DNA from: Styela clava
Lineage: Eukaryota
Assembly: GCF_964204865.1 (NCBI RefSeq)
Contig: NC_135257.1
Span: forward strand, 21,948,001 to 22,012,000
DNA length: 64,000 nt
Direction of reading: 5' to 3'
Shown here in pieces: positions 39,740 through 51,200 of this stretch. Position numbers and translations under genes: made by a program. Each line of letters opens with the position of its first letter. The stretch's first letter is position 1. Under the pieces are notes generated by a model. That model did not search any database. It worked only from the letters and a program-made list of their open reading frames with translations, and was not told the origin of the DNA.

Positions 39740-39784
39740 TTAGTTTTTTGACATTTGCAATACTGCAACAAAGTTTTTGAAAAT

Positions 39785-40732
39785 ATGGCCGAATCAAATG
39801 ACAACATCAATGAACCAGCTGCCGCTGATGAACTAGTGAACAGAGACAATGATATGTTAGAAAATATGTCGGTTACTGGATCTTCTGAAGCAACTGAAAA
39901 TAATGTAATTGCTTTGCAGACTATTCCAACACAAGATATAATTCCTGTTTTGCCTAATGAAAGTCAATCAACTTCTAAAGATTGTCATAGTGCGTCAATC
40001 AAAGATCTGTTCCTAAGAAGTCCTGATGTAGAGTCAGATGTCCAACCAAGTTCAGAAAAGAACAACCAAGGAGCATCTGTAGCATCTGGCCTTGCTAAAG
40101 AAGGATCAACAAATGCGCATGCTATGACAACAAGGTCGAAGACAAAGACAAATAAAAGCAGGACTTCAAAAATAAATAGTCAGCAACATAGATCAGTAAT
40201 GCGAAGTTTGATAACATCACGCAGTGGTACAATTCGGTCGCGATCTTCACGCTCAATAAGAATGTCCAATTTGAGTGATTCACAAATTGAGAATATATTC
40301 GAAACAAGAAAGCTGAATCAACAAAGGCGCACAGAATTGGAGAAACAACAATTGCAAAATCGCCTAGAAAGTGAGAAACAAATTTGGGAAAATAACAATC
40401 AAGTTGAAAACTTAAATTTAGACAATGAGTGGCAACAGATTCTACAAAAACAGCAAGCTGAAGAGCGTAAAAGAAAGGCCGAACTGGAAGCTTTTCAACA
40501 TCGTCGCCAACAAATGCTACAACGAAGAAACATCGAGATGGAGCAGTTCAACAAGAGGAAGCAGATGAACCTACAAGAAATTGAAGACAAAAACCAACGT
40601 GAACAATTGGAACTGGACACTAATTTAAATGAAACTTTAGCAGAAAGAGGCGTTCTTATAAATACGCCCCCTGTTGCTGCTAGTATCGAAATCAGTCAGC
40701 AGCCAGCCGAGTGCATGTGTGACTGCTGTTGA
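39785..40732 (+). CDS. BEL/Pao Gag N-terminal region (acidic, Ser/Arg-rich, coiled coil), out of frame with the downstream polyprotein
   Basis: First ATG after the LTR; SRSGTIRSRSSRS followed by an E/Q/K/R-rich helix; overlaps the long ORF in another frame. Confidence 0.75.
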   Translation: MAESNDNINEPAAADELVNRDNDMLENMSVTGSSEATENNVIALQTIPTQDIIPVLPNESQSTSKDCHSASIKDLFLRSPDVESDVQPSSEKNNQGASVASGLAKEGSTNAHAMTTRSKTKTNKSRTSKINSQQHRSVMRSLITSRSGTIRSRSSRSIRMSNLSDSQIENIFETRKLNQQRRTELEKQQLQNRLESEKQIWENNNQVENLNLDNEWQQILQKQQAEERKRKAELEAFQHRRQQMLQRRNIEMEQFNKRKQMNLQEIEDKNQREQLELDTNLNETLAERGVLINTPPVAASIEISQQPAECMCDCC

Positions 40733-43700
40733 ATCTGTGTGTGACATGGCCCAAATACCGTTAACATCTGAAAATTTGTTTGTGAGCTCTTGTAGTGTGG
40801 TGAATTCTGGTTTGACTTCCTGTGTACCTGCATCATGTGTATCTAAGCCAAGTTTAAGGTGTTGTGAAATTCCAATGTCATGTGTGGGTGATAACAGACA
40901 ATTGCAGAGCAATGCAATTTACACTGGGGCTGGAACGAACCACAGTGAAATATTAACGAAATTTCCAACTTCATTCAATACTATTCCATTGCATACGACT
41001 AGTTCGGCTGTTAATATGAACCCTACATTACCAACACTAATAGATAATCCTGGCAGAATTGAAAATGCAGAGGCAATGCACTCAGTGAATATTGGCTCAA
41101 TTCGAAAGCCTATTGTGGGCAGTCAACCAAGTAATGCAAATGCACAGAATGACAATATTTCGAATCAACAAGCAGCCAACCCTCAAGTTATATATGTGCC
41201 TCAAACTTTAGGTTTGCCACCATCTGAACCCCCTGTATTTTGTGGTAATGCAGGTGAATATAGGGATTTCATTGATATTTTTGAAACCGTAATTGGTAGC
41301 AGATTACAAAATCCAAAGCACAAACTAGTTTATCTTCTTCAATATACAAAAGGCCCTGCTCGTGCTTTGGTTAAGGGATGCCAGCACAGAACAGATAGCT
41401 ATGATGAAGCTATCCGATTACTTGAAGAAACTTATGGTCAGAAATTTCAAATTGGCGAATCCTGCATTAATTCCATAGCAAATGGTCCTCGACTGAATTT
41501 GAGTAACAAAGAATCATTAACTGTGTATTCAGCAGAAATCATGTCATGCAAAAATACGTTGATAGGGGTTGAATATAAAAATGTTGCCCTTATGACCATA
41601 GAAAAAATAGCTTTAAGAATGCCGCCTGAATGGAGATCTGGGTGGTTATCAAAGATGGACAATGTACTACAAATAAAGAAAAAAGACCTAACAATAGAGG
41701 ATCTTGCTGATTACGTCCGTAAGAAAACTAGAGAAGTATGCAATGTTCCCTCTATCGAATTTAATACTTCAAAACAAATTATTCCCACAAGAGGCTCGAG
41801 GCCATACAAATCCTCATTTGCAACTACAGTTCATAATAATAGACCTGTACGCAGATGTGTAAAATGTGATGGAGATCATTACTTAAATCAATGCGATGAA
41901 TTTCGAGGCATGACGTATGATAAGAGATTGGAGTTTGTAAAAAAGCAAAAGTTGTGTTTTTCATGTTTATTATCTGGGCATTGGGTCAGGGAATGTAAAC
42001 GAAACAACCCTTGCAAAAATGCAAACTGCAGAAGAAAACACACAACACTTCTTCATCCTCCGGATAAGGAACCAATAAAAGTCCCTACATCAAGTAGTCA
42101 TGAAAGTACTACACAAACACATAATGATTATAGGACACAGATGTCTGAAACCAAATTTAATGCATTCCTAAATGCCTCTGACGAACAAAAGGTTTTGCTC
42201 AATGTTGTACCTGTTAAGGTACGCATAGCTGGTAGAAGAAATGCTGTTATAACCAATGCATTCTTTGACAATGGATCGACTTGCTCTTTTATAAGCAATT
42301 CGCTGATGAATAAATTAAAGGTCAATGGACCAGTTACAAATCTGAACATTCGTACGATAAATAATACTGTGGAACACAAGCAATGCACTGTTATAAAGAA
42401 CCTCGAATTAGCAGATTTCGAGGAGTCAAAATATGTAAGGTTAAATCCCTTGTTTTCAAACGATCAAATTGGTGTTGATCAAACAGATATCCCTACACAA
42501 AGTGATCTTGATCAATTTAAAGAATTTAATGGTATTGTGATACCCAAAGTAGAATGTGATGTGGAGCTCTTGATTGGCAAAGATAATCTTGGTTTGCATA
42601 AACCATTGGAAGTGATTTATGGCCCAAACAATTATTTTGCATTGAAGACAATTGCTGGATGGATGGTTAACTGCCCTGCGAAAAATGGAAATACCAAAAA
42701 TTCTACATATTTCACCAAATCTCAACTAAATCCTTTGTGCCAAATGTGTGCAGATGTTGTTGATTCTGCAATTAATGAAAAAGATGAAGTTTCACCAATT
42801 CAACAAGTTTTTCTTGACAAAGTTAGTAAGTCAATTAAGCTCAGAACTGATGGACATTACGAAATAGGTTTACCATTGAAGAATCCTGATGTTAAGTTGC
42901 ACTCAAATAAATATCAAGTTTTGCAGCGAGCAGAATCATTAAAGCGTCGTCTTCACAAGGAACCGGAATTTTATGCAGAATACAAGGATTTTGTTGCAAA
43001 TATGATCACAATGGGTTATGCTGAAGAAGTTCTGGATGCCAATGAAGAAGAAGGAAGGACTTGGTACCTCAGTCATCATGGAGTTCGTCATCCAGAGAAG
43101 AAAACATTGAGGGTTGTATTTGACTGCTCTGCAAAATCAGAAGGAATTTCATTTAATGACATCCTGTTACAGGGGCCGGATTTAACAAATAATTTAGTTG
43201 GAGTCTTGTCACGCTTTCGCAAAAATATTGTAGCTGTTCAAGGGGATATACGGTCCATGTTTCATCAGGTAAAGGTGAAAGAATGTGATAGAAATTTCCT
43301 CCGTTTCTTCTGGTGGGAAAATGGTGACATCACTTTACCCATGAAAATTTATAGAATGGCGGTTTTTCTCTTTGGAACTGTGTGCTCTCCCAGTTGTTGC
43401 AACTTTGCTTTGAGACAAACTGCAATAGACAACAAAGATGATTTTGAACAAAGTGTGATTGATGCAATTAATGATTCATTTTATGTTGATGATTTTTGTG
43501 ATTCTAAACCGGATGCTGCTAGTGCCCTCCAACATATAAAGAGTGTTACTGAAATTGCTGCTAAAGGTGGTTTTGAAGTGACGAAATGGGTGAGCAATGA
43601 CCGTGAAGTATTGGCCTCAATTCCAGAAGCTCACCGATCGAAGGAAGCAAAGCGTTTGGATATCTCTATAGATGAATTGCCTGTTGAGCGAGCTCTTGGC

Positions 43701-46094
43701 ATGATATGGAACGCAAATGAAGATACAATAAGTTTCAGTACTAAATACACTGAACGACCAGCTACCAGACGGGGTATGCTGGGTGTTGTGAACTCAATAT
43801 TTGACCCTCTTGGCATTGGCCAGCCGGTCATTCAACCTATGAAGGTCCTTATGCAAGGATTGTGCAGGAAGAAGCTGGGATGGGACGATTCAATTCCTCC
43901 AGAGTGTGAACAGGAATGGCTAAAGTGGATATCAGAATTATCCAAGTTAGAAGATTTTAATATTCCAAGATGTTTTTTACCGCCTGATTTTGGAAAAACC
44001 ACAGAAATACAAATTCATCACTTTTCTGATGCATCCGAAAAGTCTTATGGTGCTGTTTCATATATACGTTTAAAAAATTCGTCTGGACAAATTCATTGCT
44101 CAATACTGTGTGGTAAAAGTCGATTAGTACCTCTCAAAGGCTCAACGATTCCCAGGTTAGAGTTATGTGCAGCAACAATATCTGCGCGAAATGAAAAATT
44201 CTTCCGTAAAGAACTCAAGCTCCCAATTGATGCATCTATATTTTGGACGGATAGCACCACCGTATTACGATATTTGGCAAATACTGATAAAGTTCTAAAA
44301 ACTTTTGTTGCAAACAGGGTGAATGTTATCAAAGAAGTTTCTGATGTGAATCAATGGTACTATGTGCCTTCCAAATTAAACCCTGCAGATGTTGCATCTA
44401 GGGGCATGTCTGCTGATCAATTTTTGAACTACCCACAATGGAAATTTGGACCAGAATTTTTATGGAAAAATCAGGAAGAATGGCCTAAACAACCAGATTT
44501 CCTGCATACAATGAATGATAAGAATTTGGAATTTAAAAAGCAGAGTCCAGATTCACAGATGTGTTTTGCTCTAAATACAGATATACCTACTGTATTAGAC
44601 CAAGTTACTAATAAATATTCAAATTGGTTCAAAATGAAGAAGATTGTAGCATGGGTTTTACGTTACAAGCGAGCACTGCTTTCCAAGGTCAGAGAGGATG
44701 TTTCTTGCAATTTGGGGAGTGAAAATAATAAATTTTTATCTGTGGATGAAGTGAACTTGGCAGAATTGGAAATAATCAAAAATGAACAATTCAAATATTA
44801 TTCAAAGGAAATTAATGTATTGACCAAAGGTGAACAATTGCCAAAATCAAGTTCATTGTGTAAATTGCAGCCTATTATGAAAGAAGGTCTTCTCCGTGTT
44901 GGTGGAAGAATTGGAGCATCGAGTCTTCAATATGACGCAAAACATCCTATAATAATTCCAAACAAGAGTTCTATTGCTAATTTGATTATTGAACATACTC
45001 ATCAAGTTACAGGCCATAGTGGAAGAGAATATGTAATTGCTGAATTACATCAAAAGTTCTGGATTATAAAAGCAAATGCAATGACACGAAAGATTCTCAA
45101 CAACTGTATATCTTGTCGCAAGAGACAGCGGGCACCTGAATCTCAATTGATGGCCGACCTCCCAGAAGACCGATTAATACCAGACAAGCCACCTTTCTCT
45201 TTTGTCGCTCTTGACTGTTTCGGTCCATTTCTTGTTCGTCAAGGACGAAGCGAAGTAAAAAGATATGGTGTTATTTTCACTTGCCTAGTGACCCGTGCAG
45301 TGCATGTTGAAATTGCACATAGCCTAGATACAAGTGCCTTTATAATGTCTCTTAGAAGATTCATTTCAAGAAGAGGACAAGTAGTTGAAATAAGATCAGA
45401 TAACGGAACAAATTTTGTCTCTGGAGAACAAGAATTGAGAAATTCTATCAAGACTTGGAATCAGAATCAAATACATAGGTTTTTGCTGCAAAAGAACATC
45501 AAGTGGCTGTTTCAAACTCCAGCGGCTTCTCACCATGGTGGAGTTTTTGAGAGACAAATCAGAACAATTAGAAAAATTTTCAACGCTATTTGCAGAGAAC
45601 AAAAATTAACTGATGAAAGCTTAATTACACTTATGTGTGAATGTGAATCCATAGTGAATGGAAGGCCAATAACAACTGTATCCAATGATCCAAAAGATTT
45701 GACTCCTTTGAGCCCGAACAATTTGTTGTTGTTGAAAGAAGAACCGATACTTCCTCCAGGAGTATTTGATGCTAAAGACTTGTATGTTCGTAAGAGATGG
45801 AAACAAGTACAATACTTAGCTGATGTGTTTTGGAAAAGATGAAGACGAGAATACCTTCCTCTGCTTCAAACAAGACAAAAATGGAACAAAGTTCAAAGGA
45901 ATTTAGCTAAGAATGATGTTGTACTTGTGATGGATGAAAATTTGCCAAGAAATGCATGGCTGTTGGGTAGAATCATTGGAACGTTTCCCGACAACAAAGG
46001 CCGTGTACGTTCTGCTACGGTGCAAACCAACCATTCAATCTTAGATAGGCCCATTACTAAATTAATTCTTCTGTGTGCAAGTGACTCTGATTGA
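40674..46094 (+). CDS. BEL/Pao Gag-Pol polyprotein, interrupted by a premature TGA at 45840-45842
   Basis: DUF1759-like Gag (PPVFCGNAGEYRDF), three Cys/His knuckles, protease FFDNGST, RT YVDD, RNase H HFSDASEKSYG, integrase HHCC and D-D-E (LDCFGP, SDNGTNF, FERQIR). The frame continues past WKR* as RREYLPLLQTRQKW...RPITKLILL (DUF5641-like) to TGA at 46092-46094. Confidence 0.95.
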
Positions 46095-46242
46095 GTTGTG
46101 TGCAAAACCCATTTCGTTTGACTCTAGTTGAATTGTGTGTATGTGAGATCAATTCCGTTTTTAAATTTTGTGATTTTGTTTTTGAGTGTGTAGAAATTTC
46201 AAATTTGTGGATGGCAAATTCTCAATTTCTAAGGGGCCGGGA

Positions 46243-46849
46243 TGAAACTGCCTCTTTCGCTTCATTATATTTTTTGTTGTTTACCACTGGAGGCGCTGGT
46301 GGTACATACGTTCACAGATTTTAGTGATTGTGACATCATAATACCCCGTGCGCGTTTGCTGCGCGCGCTGCTTCAGTACCTTGATTCGACCTTCTCAGGA
46401 CTGTGGGATTTGTGGTGCAAGGTTTTCGTTGTCTGGAGATTTGTAGTTCCAAGGTTTTAATTGTATTTTCATATATTTAGATTTAATAACATTAACTTAA
46501 TTTCAATAACTGTCCCAATCAACTGTCGATTGTTTTGTAAGCTGAAAGCTACACTGTCAAAAAACCGTACTGCCGTACTTCCCGTACACGTATTGATGTA
46601 CTCTCGTACTGACGTACTCTCGTATCCACGTATTGTCGTAATCACGTACTGTTGTATTATCATACCTATAACATCGTACCGACGTATCTTCATACACCTG
46701 TACTTTCCTGACAATAAACGACATCAACTTGTACTGTTATACGCGTCTTTTTGCATTGGAGTGACAAAATCAGTTTACTAAAACAGATCGACCATCTAAG
46801 AAATACACCTGGTGTGGGCGCTAAAGGCACTCCAAATTTGGCGTCTACA
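46243..46849 (+). repeat. 3' LTR (607 bp)
   Basis: Direct repeat of the 5' LTR, preceded by the PPT and followed by the TSD. Confidence 0.97.
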
Positions 46850-48217
46850 CCATTAATTCCTAATTTGAAATTGCTGTCGAAAATTTATTGAGAGTTTGAT
46901 TATCAGGATTTTTTGTTTTGCAGATCTAACTACTTTGCATTCTAATGGTATAGATGTGAAATTTAGAGATTCAATGTTTAATTCGGGTAATTTTAGAAAT
47001 TCTGAAACAAAAATATTATGTACTTGACTCATTGATTCAAAATAAATCCGGCTTCCATAACAGGTCTCTTGCATCCTAGCCATCTAGACAGGGGTACTAG
47101 GTTTTCGAACGACGGGCCAAACATTTCGTCCACCTAGACTGGCTGACTGACATGTAAGTGTGACATGAAAAGTGAACATTTTATGAACAATATAGTGGAG
47201 AACAATAAGCCTCGTGCCCAAACTAAATTTTATTGCAATCTCAATCCCTTGAGCTATTTTTTAGCTGAAACATCAAAATTTAGTTTAGTTCGGATGTGGA
47301 AGCATCAGGCAGGTCAGATTGAATTACCCAAAGGATCATATTTGGGCCGCAGGACGTAGTTTGCCCATGTTAGATCTAGATGCATTCTGATATGATTATG
47401 TAGGTAAGGTAAGTTGTCCTTCAGCCCTCACAACGTCTCTACATGAAAATCGGTTGAAACGACGAATATATTCAGATATTAGTCAAATCCTTAAACGTTT
47501 GGTTTCTGTGATCACGTGCGTGGTATGAAAGCATTGTTTATATCTAAAGAGGAAAACGATACGACGGCTCAATCTTATGGCGAACCATGGCCTTCTTTCA
47601 GTTACCACTTCATATCGGGAAGGGAAATTGTTAATCGATTAGTTGTTGCTGATGAATGAACTTCATTAAGGATTATTCGCTATTTGATTAAGGCGACCCC
47701 AGAGCAGAGCCAGGGTTAGGCTCTCGATAGTGAAAAAGACATGAAGTTGGATACTCCGCCGCTGTGTCGTCGATTCCTGCTACCTCGTCGTGTACCATAA
47801 TTTTCTTCCGATTTTCCTTATTTTAATTCTTTTACGATTTCCCACACAGTCTGTGTTAGCAAAGTCAATATAACACTGCCTGTCGTAATCTTTCCTTCAC
47901 ACAACTTGATGTAAAGTAGACGGACAAAATTAGTTACCTGCATAAGGTTGCAAAATTGCGTATGTCCCCAAGTCATAACCACATTTCTGCCTAAGTCACA
48001 GTGCGCCATTATGACGTCACTTAACTGCGTCATACAAGTTAACTTAAATCCGGCTACGATCAAAAAATTGAACCATGGCAAATTATTGACTCTCAATGGC
48101 ATAACAATATCATTAGGAAGTTTTTTACGTTTTTCTCAAAACTGCTAAAAATGATTTACGCAATTCGGTTATTAGCGTGACGATATGATAGTTGAGTTTA
48201 ATAACTTACACTTAGAA

Positions 48218-51200
48218 TGAGCGCGGATGCCATGGAGCATTGCGGACGTATAGTTTGCAGTGGCCTAAAGCCAGCCATGGATGTGGTCTATAAATATGTG
48301 CATGGTTGAAGTGAATAATAATTTTACTTTTTCAAGTTGCGAGGACACATAAATTGTCCCGGGGAAACTGAGAACCAGTGACCCCCTATAGGAGGTGAAC
48401 ACCCCCGTCTTCTGAAATTTGAAAAGGTGTGGCACCAAACTTCAATTCTTGGGTAAATAAAAATGGGGGCTCCCGAAGTATGCGAACCAAGATGGCGGAC
48501 ATCGGAATGTAATATGTGTACTAGGTTAGGGTTAGGCCATAATTTTAGGTATAAATACTACGGGAGGCTCTTGGCTAGTCTTCGAACTGATAATAGGACT
48601 AAAATAAGGAAAATTGAAAAAAAATTATGGCCTAACCCTAACCTGTTACCCATGTTACGTTCCGATGTCCGCCATCTTGGTTCGCATACTTCGGGAGCAC
48701 CGTTTTATCACTAATAGCAAAATATTTACTACCCCCTAAATTTCGATCAACAATTAAAATATAAAGCTGGGAAACGTACTAATAAGAACTAACTAGAAGA
48801 AAATACGATCCAGTCAACACACTTACTTTGAACCGCGAGTTTCAGAACAACGAGTTACGAGTGGCGTCATTTATTAGAGTAGCAACCTCGTGGAAGTTTG
48901 AATGAGATTTGCTGCATTTCATGGTTACGTATTGCTTTGGAATAAACACAAACAAATTTTATTCATTCAGTTATAACGTAAATATCCTGAAACCTCGAGA
49001 TGAAAATCTCAATTGTTTTTATCTTAATCTGCGTTATCACGACATCCTGGTGTATGAACGCTACTGAATCAAGTAATACTGGCAACTGGCTTCCTGTCGT
49101 AACTCAAAATAGTTTAGGTAAGTAAGAACTATTGAACATCATTTTAATCGTCGCTCCAGAAGTGTATGTACTAATATGGGGGGGTAACTAGTATCATTCG
49201 CCTTCAAGTTGTATATATAGATTGAAATCCATGGGCATGGTGTATATTCACATGGCTAACACAGACAGTCCCGAAACTCGTAATAGAGCTAAAATAAGAG
49301 AAATCGGAAAAAAATTATAACCTAACATTAACTTAGTACACACGCTACGGGAGTTGTTGTTTTCAAACAGTTTGAATAGTTTATAATACGTATATACAAT
49401 TTGTATAGTCGGCTAATGCTAAGTTAAGAATATAATAATGCTACAGCTAAATATGGAGCAAAAATTTTTTTTTCCTAAAACATCAAAATTTCTTTCTTAG
49501 GGAGAATTACCATCTGGTTTATTAGAAATTTAGATTCAAATTTGTTGGAGAGTTTATATCTGTTCTTGAGTAAAACGATATTCATTAGAGATTTACAAGA
49601 TTACTTCCAGGGGAAACATTCATTTCTCTGGGAGGAGGAATTATAGGAATCTGAAAATGTCATATTTTCCACCAGAAATTCGCGAGAATCGTAACAAGAT
49701 CGCAAAACAAACAAACGAAATAAAAGATTTCCGTAATAGAACTCTTCAGCAATCTCGTCAAATTGACAATCTACTGGAGGAAAACAAAGAACAAAACTCT
49801 GAAATCAGGGACTTGAGGAAAGGTTAGTAGTGCGTTGTCAAAGATTGACCGTTAGTTAATTATTGTTTCAATAAAATCTAGGACTTTTACAATTTAAATC
49901 TGTGAGAATTGGAAGTTGACCTTGATATAAACATGCATACGTTTGGAAATATGGTTTAAAATAAGTATTTACGATACTATTAGGATATTTTCATAACTAT
50001 ATTCATCATACAGAAAGTCGCGAGTTACGGAATAAACTTGTGCTGCAATCAGCCGAAATCGTTGACCTAAAGAAGAGCCGTGAAGAACAGTCAAGAGAAA
50101 TTGGGGAATTGAAGAACGGTTTGTGTGACATTTTTACTACGGGATTTAACCTAGTGGTATGGAAATTGTTGTATGATATCTCGGAAAAATGGGTTATATT
50201 GTAAACATGCTCCTATTATTTCGATATTCGCACTTGAAAAAAAAAATGTGCAGTATGGAACTTATACTGAGTGCAGTAATAGGTCACACAAAATTCCAAA
50301 TCAGCATAACGAATGAACACAACTTGAATTAGAAAAGTGAAGATCAATAAGTAGGATTGGTAAATCACTGCACCCGTTGTTCTATGTGATCTTACTTTTG
50401 ATACAAAATAATTTGCAAAAAATTAGATATTTTATTCAAATTTAGAGTATAGTCGAGTTACAAGATCAACTGCAAACAAATTGGCTTTTTTGAGGCTGAA
50501 TTGGACGACATTTTGTTTCTGGTAATCCTGGAAATTGACGCTAACTTATGTATATTCTTCTATTCAGCAATGGATCGGATTGAAGAAAAACTCTCTGCAA
50601 CGGAGAAGCCTCAACAGGTTCAATCTGGAAACCAGCAGAGACCAACGACAACAACCAAAACAACATTGAAACCGACACCTTCCCCAGGTAAATTACATAG
50701 TCACATATCCAGAAGTAGGCCTATATGTACCAATATAGAGGTAACTAGTTTTGTTTGGCTACGTTACATCAAGTTGTGTAAAGGGACTGAAACCTATGTG
50801 CAAGGGTTATACTCACTTGGCTAACACAGACAATCCTCGGACTCGTAATACAACTAAAGTCGCAGAGCCGCAGTCGGACTCAAGTTTGTTTCAACCCGGA
50901 GTCGGGAAAAGATTGTATTTCCCACGACTGCACAGCTCTATCCAGGAGACCAAACTGACAACTTTATGAGTAACAGTATATATATAATTGGCGAAAGTAA
51001 TTTAATTTTCCCTAAACGTCGCGATTTGTGCTTTAAGAAGATGTCTGGCCAGACATCTACGAATGTGGAATTTGCCATGAGCAAAATTAGACTTGGGAAC
51101 CAAGTATAGAGGCAAAAGTACATATTCATCGGGTCTGTCAAACTTGTTGTTGTGTTCAATAATAAAACTTTTCAAATTTATAAATCTGTAAGCTAAATTT

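Larger units (their letters stand above)
39133..46849 (+). mobile_element. Full-length BEL/Pao LTR retrotransposon (7717 bp)
   Basis: TG...CA LTRs, 5-bp TSD CCATT (39128-39132, 46850-46854), empty site in the paralogue at ~52090, PPT AAGGGGCCGGGA (46231-46242), Gag-PR-RT-RH-IN domain order. Confidence 0.97.

Noticed and set aside
38251-45842. Diversity-generating retroelement idea (variable C-type-lectin fold next to a reverse transcriptase)
   Set aside because: The RT is an ordinary BEL/Pao pol within a recent TSD-flanked insertion. There is no template/variable repeat pair, and paralogue differences are not adenine-specific and include indels.
45840-45842. Selenocysteine, readthrough or alternative genetic code at the in-frame TGA
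   Set aside because: The position is a conserved Trp, other Trp codons are TGG, and TGA ends the frame normally at 46092. A single G>A change is simpler.
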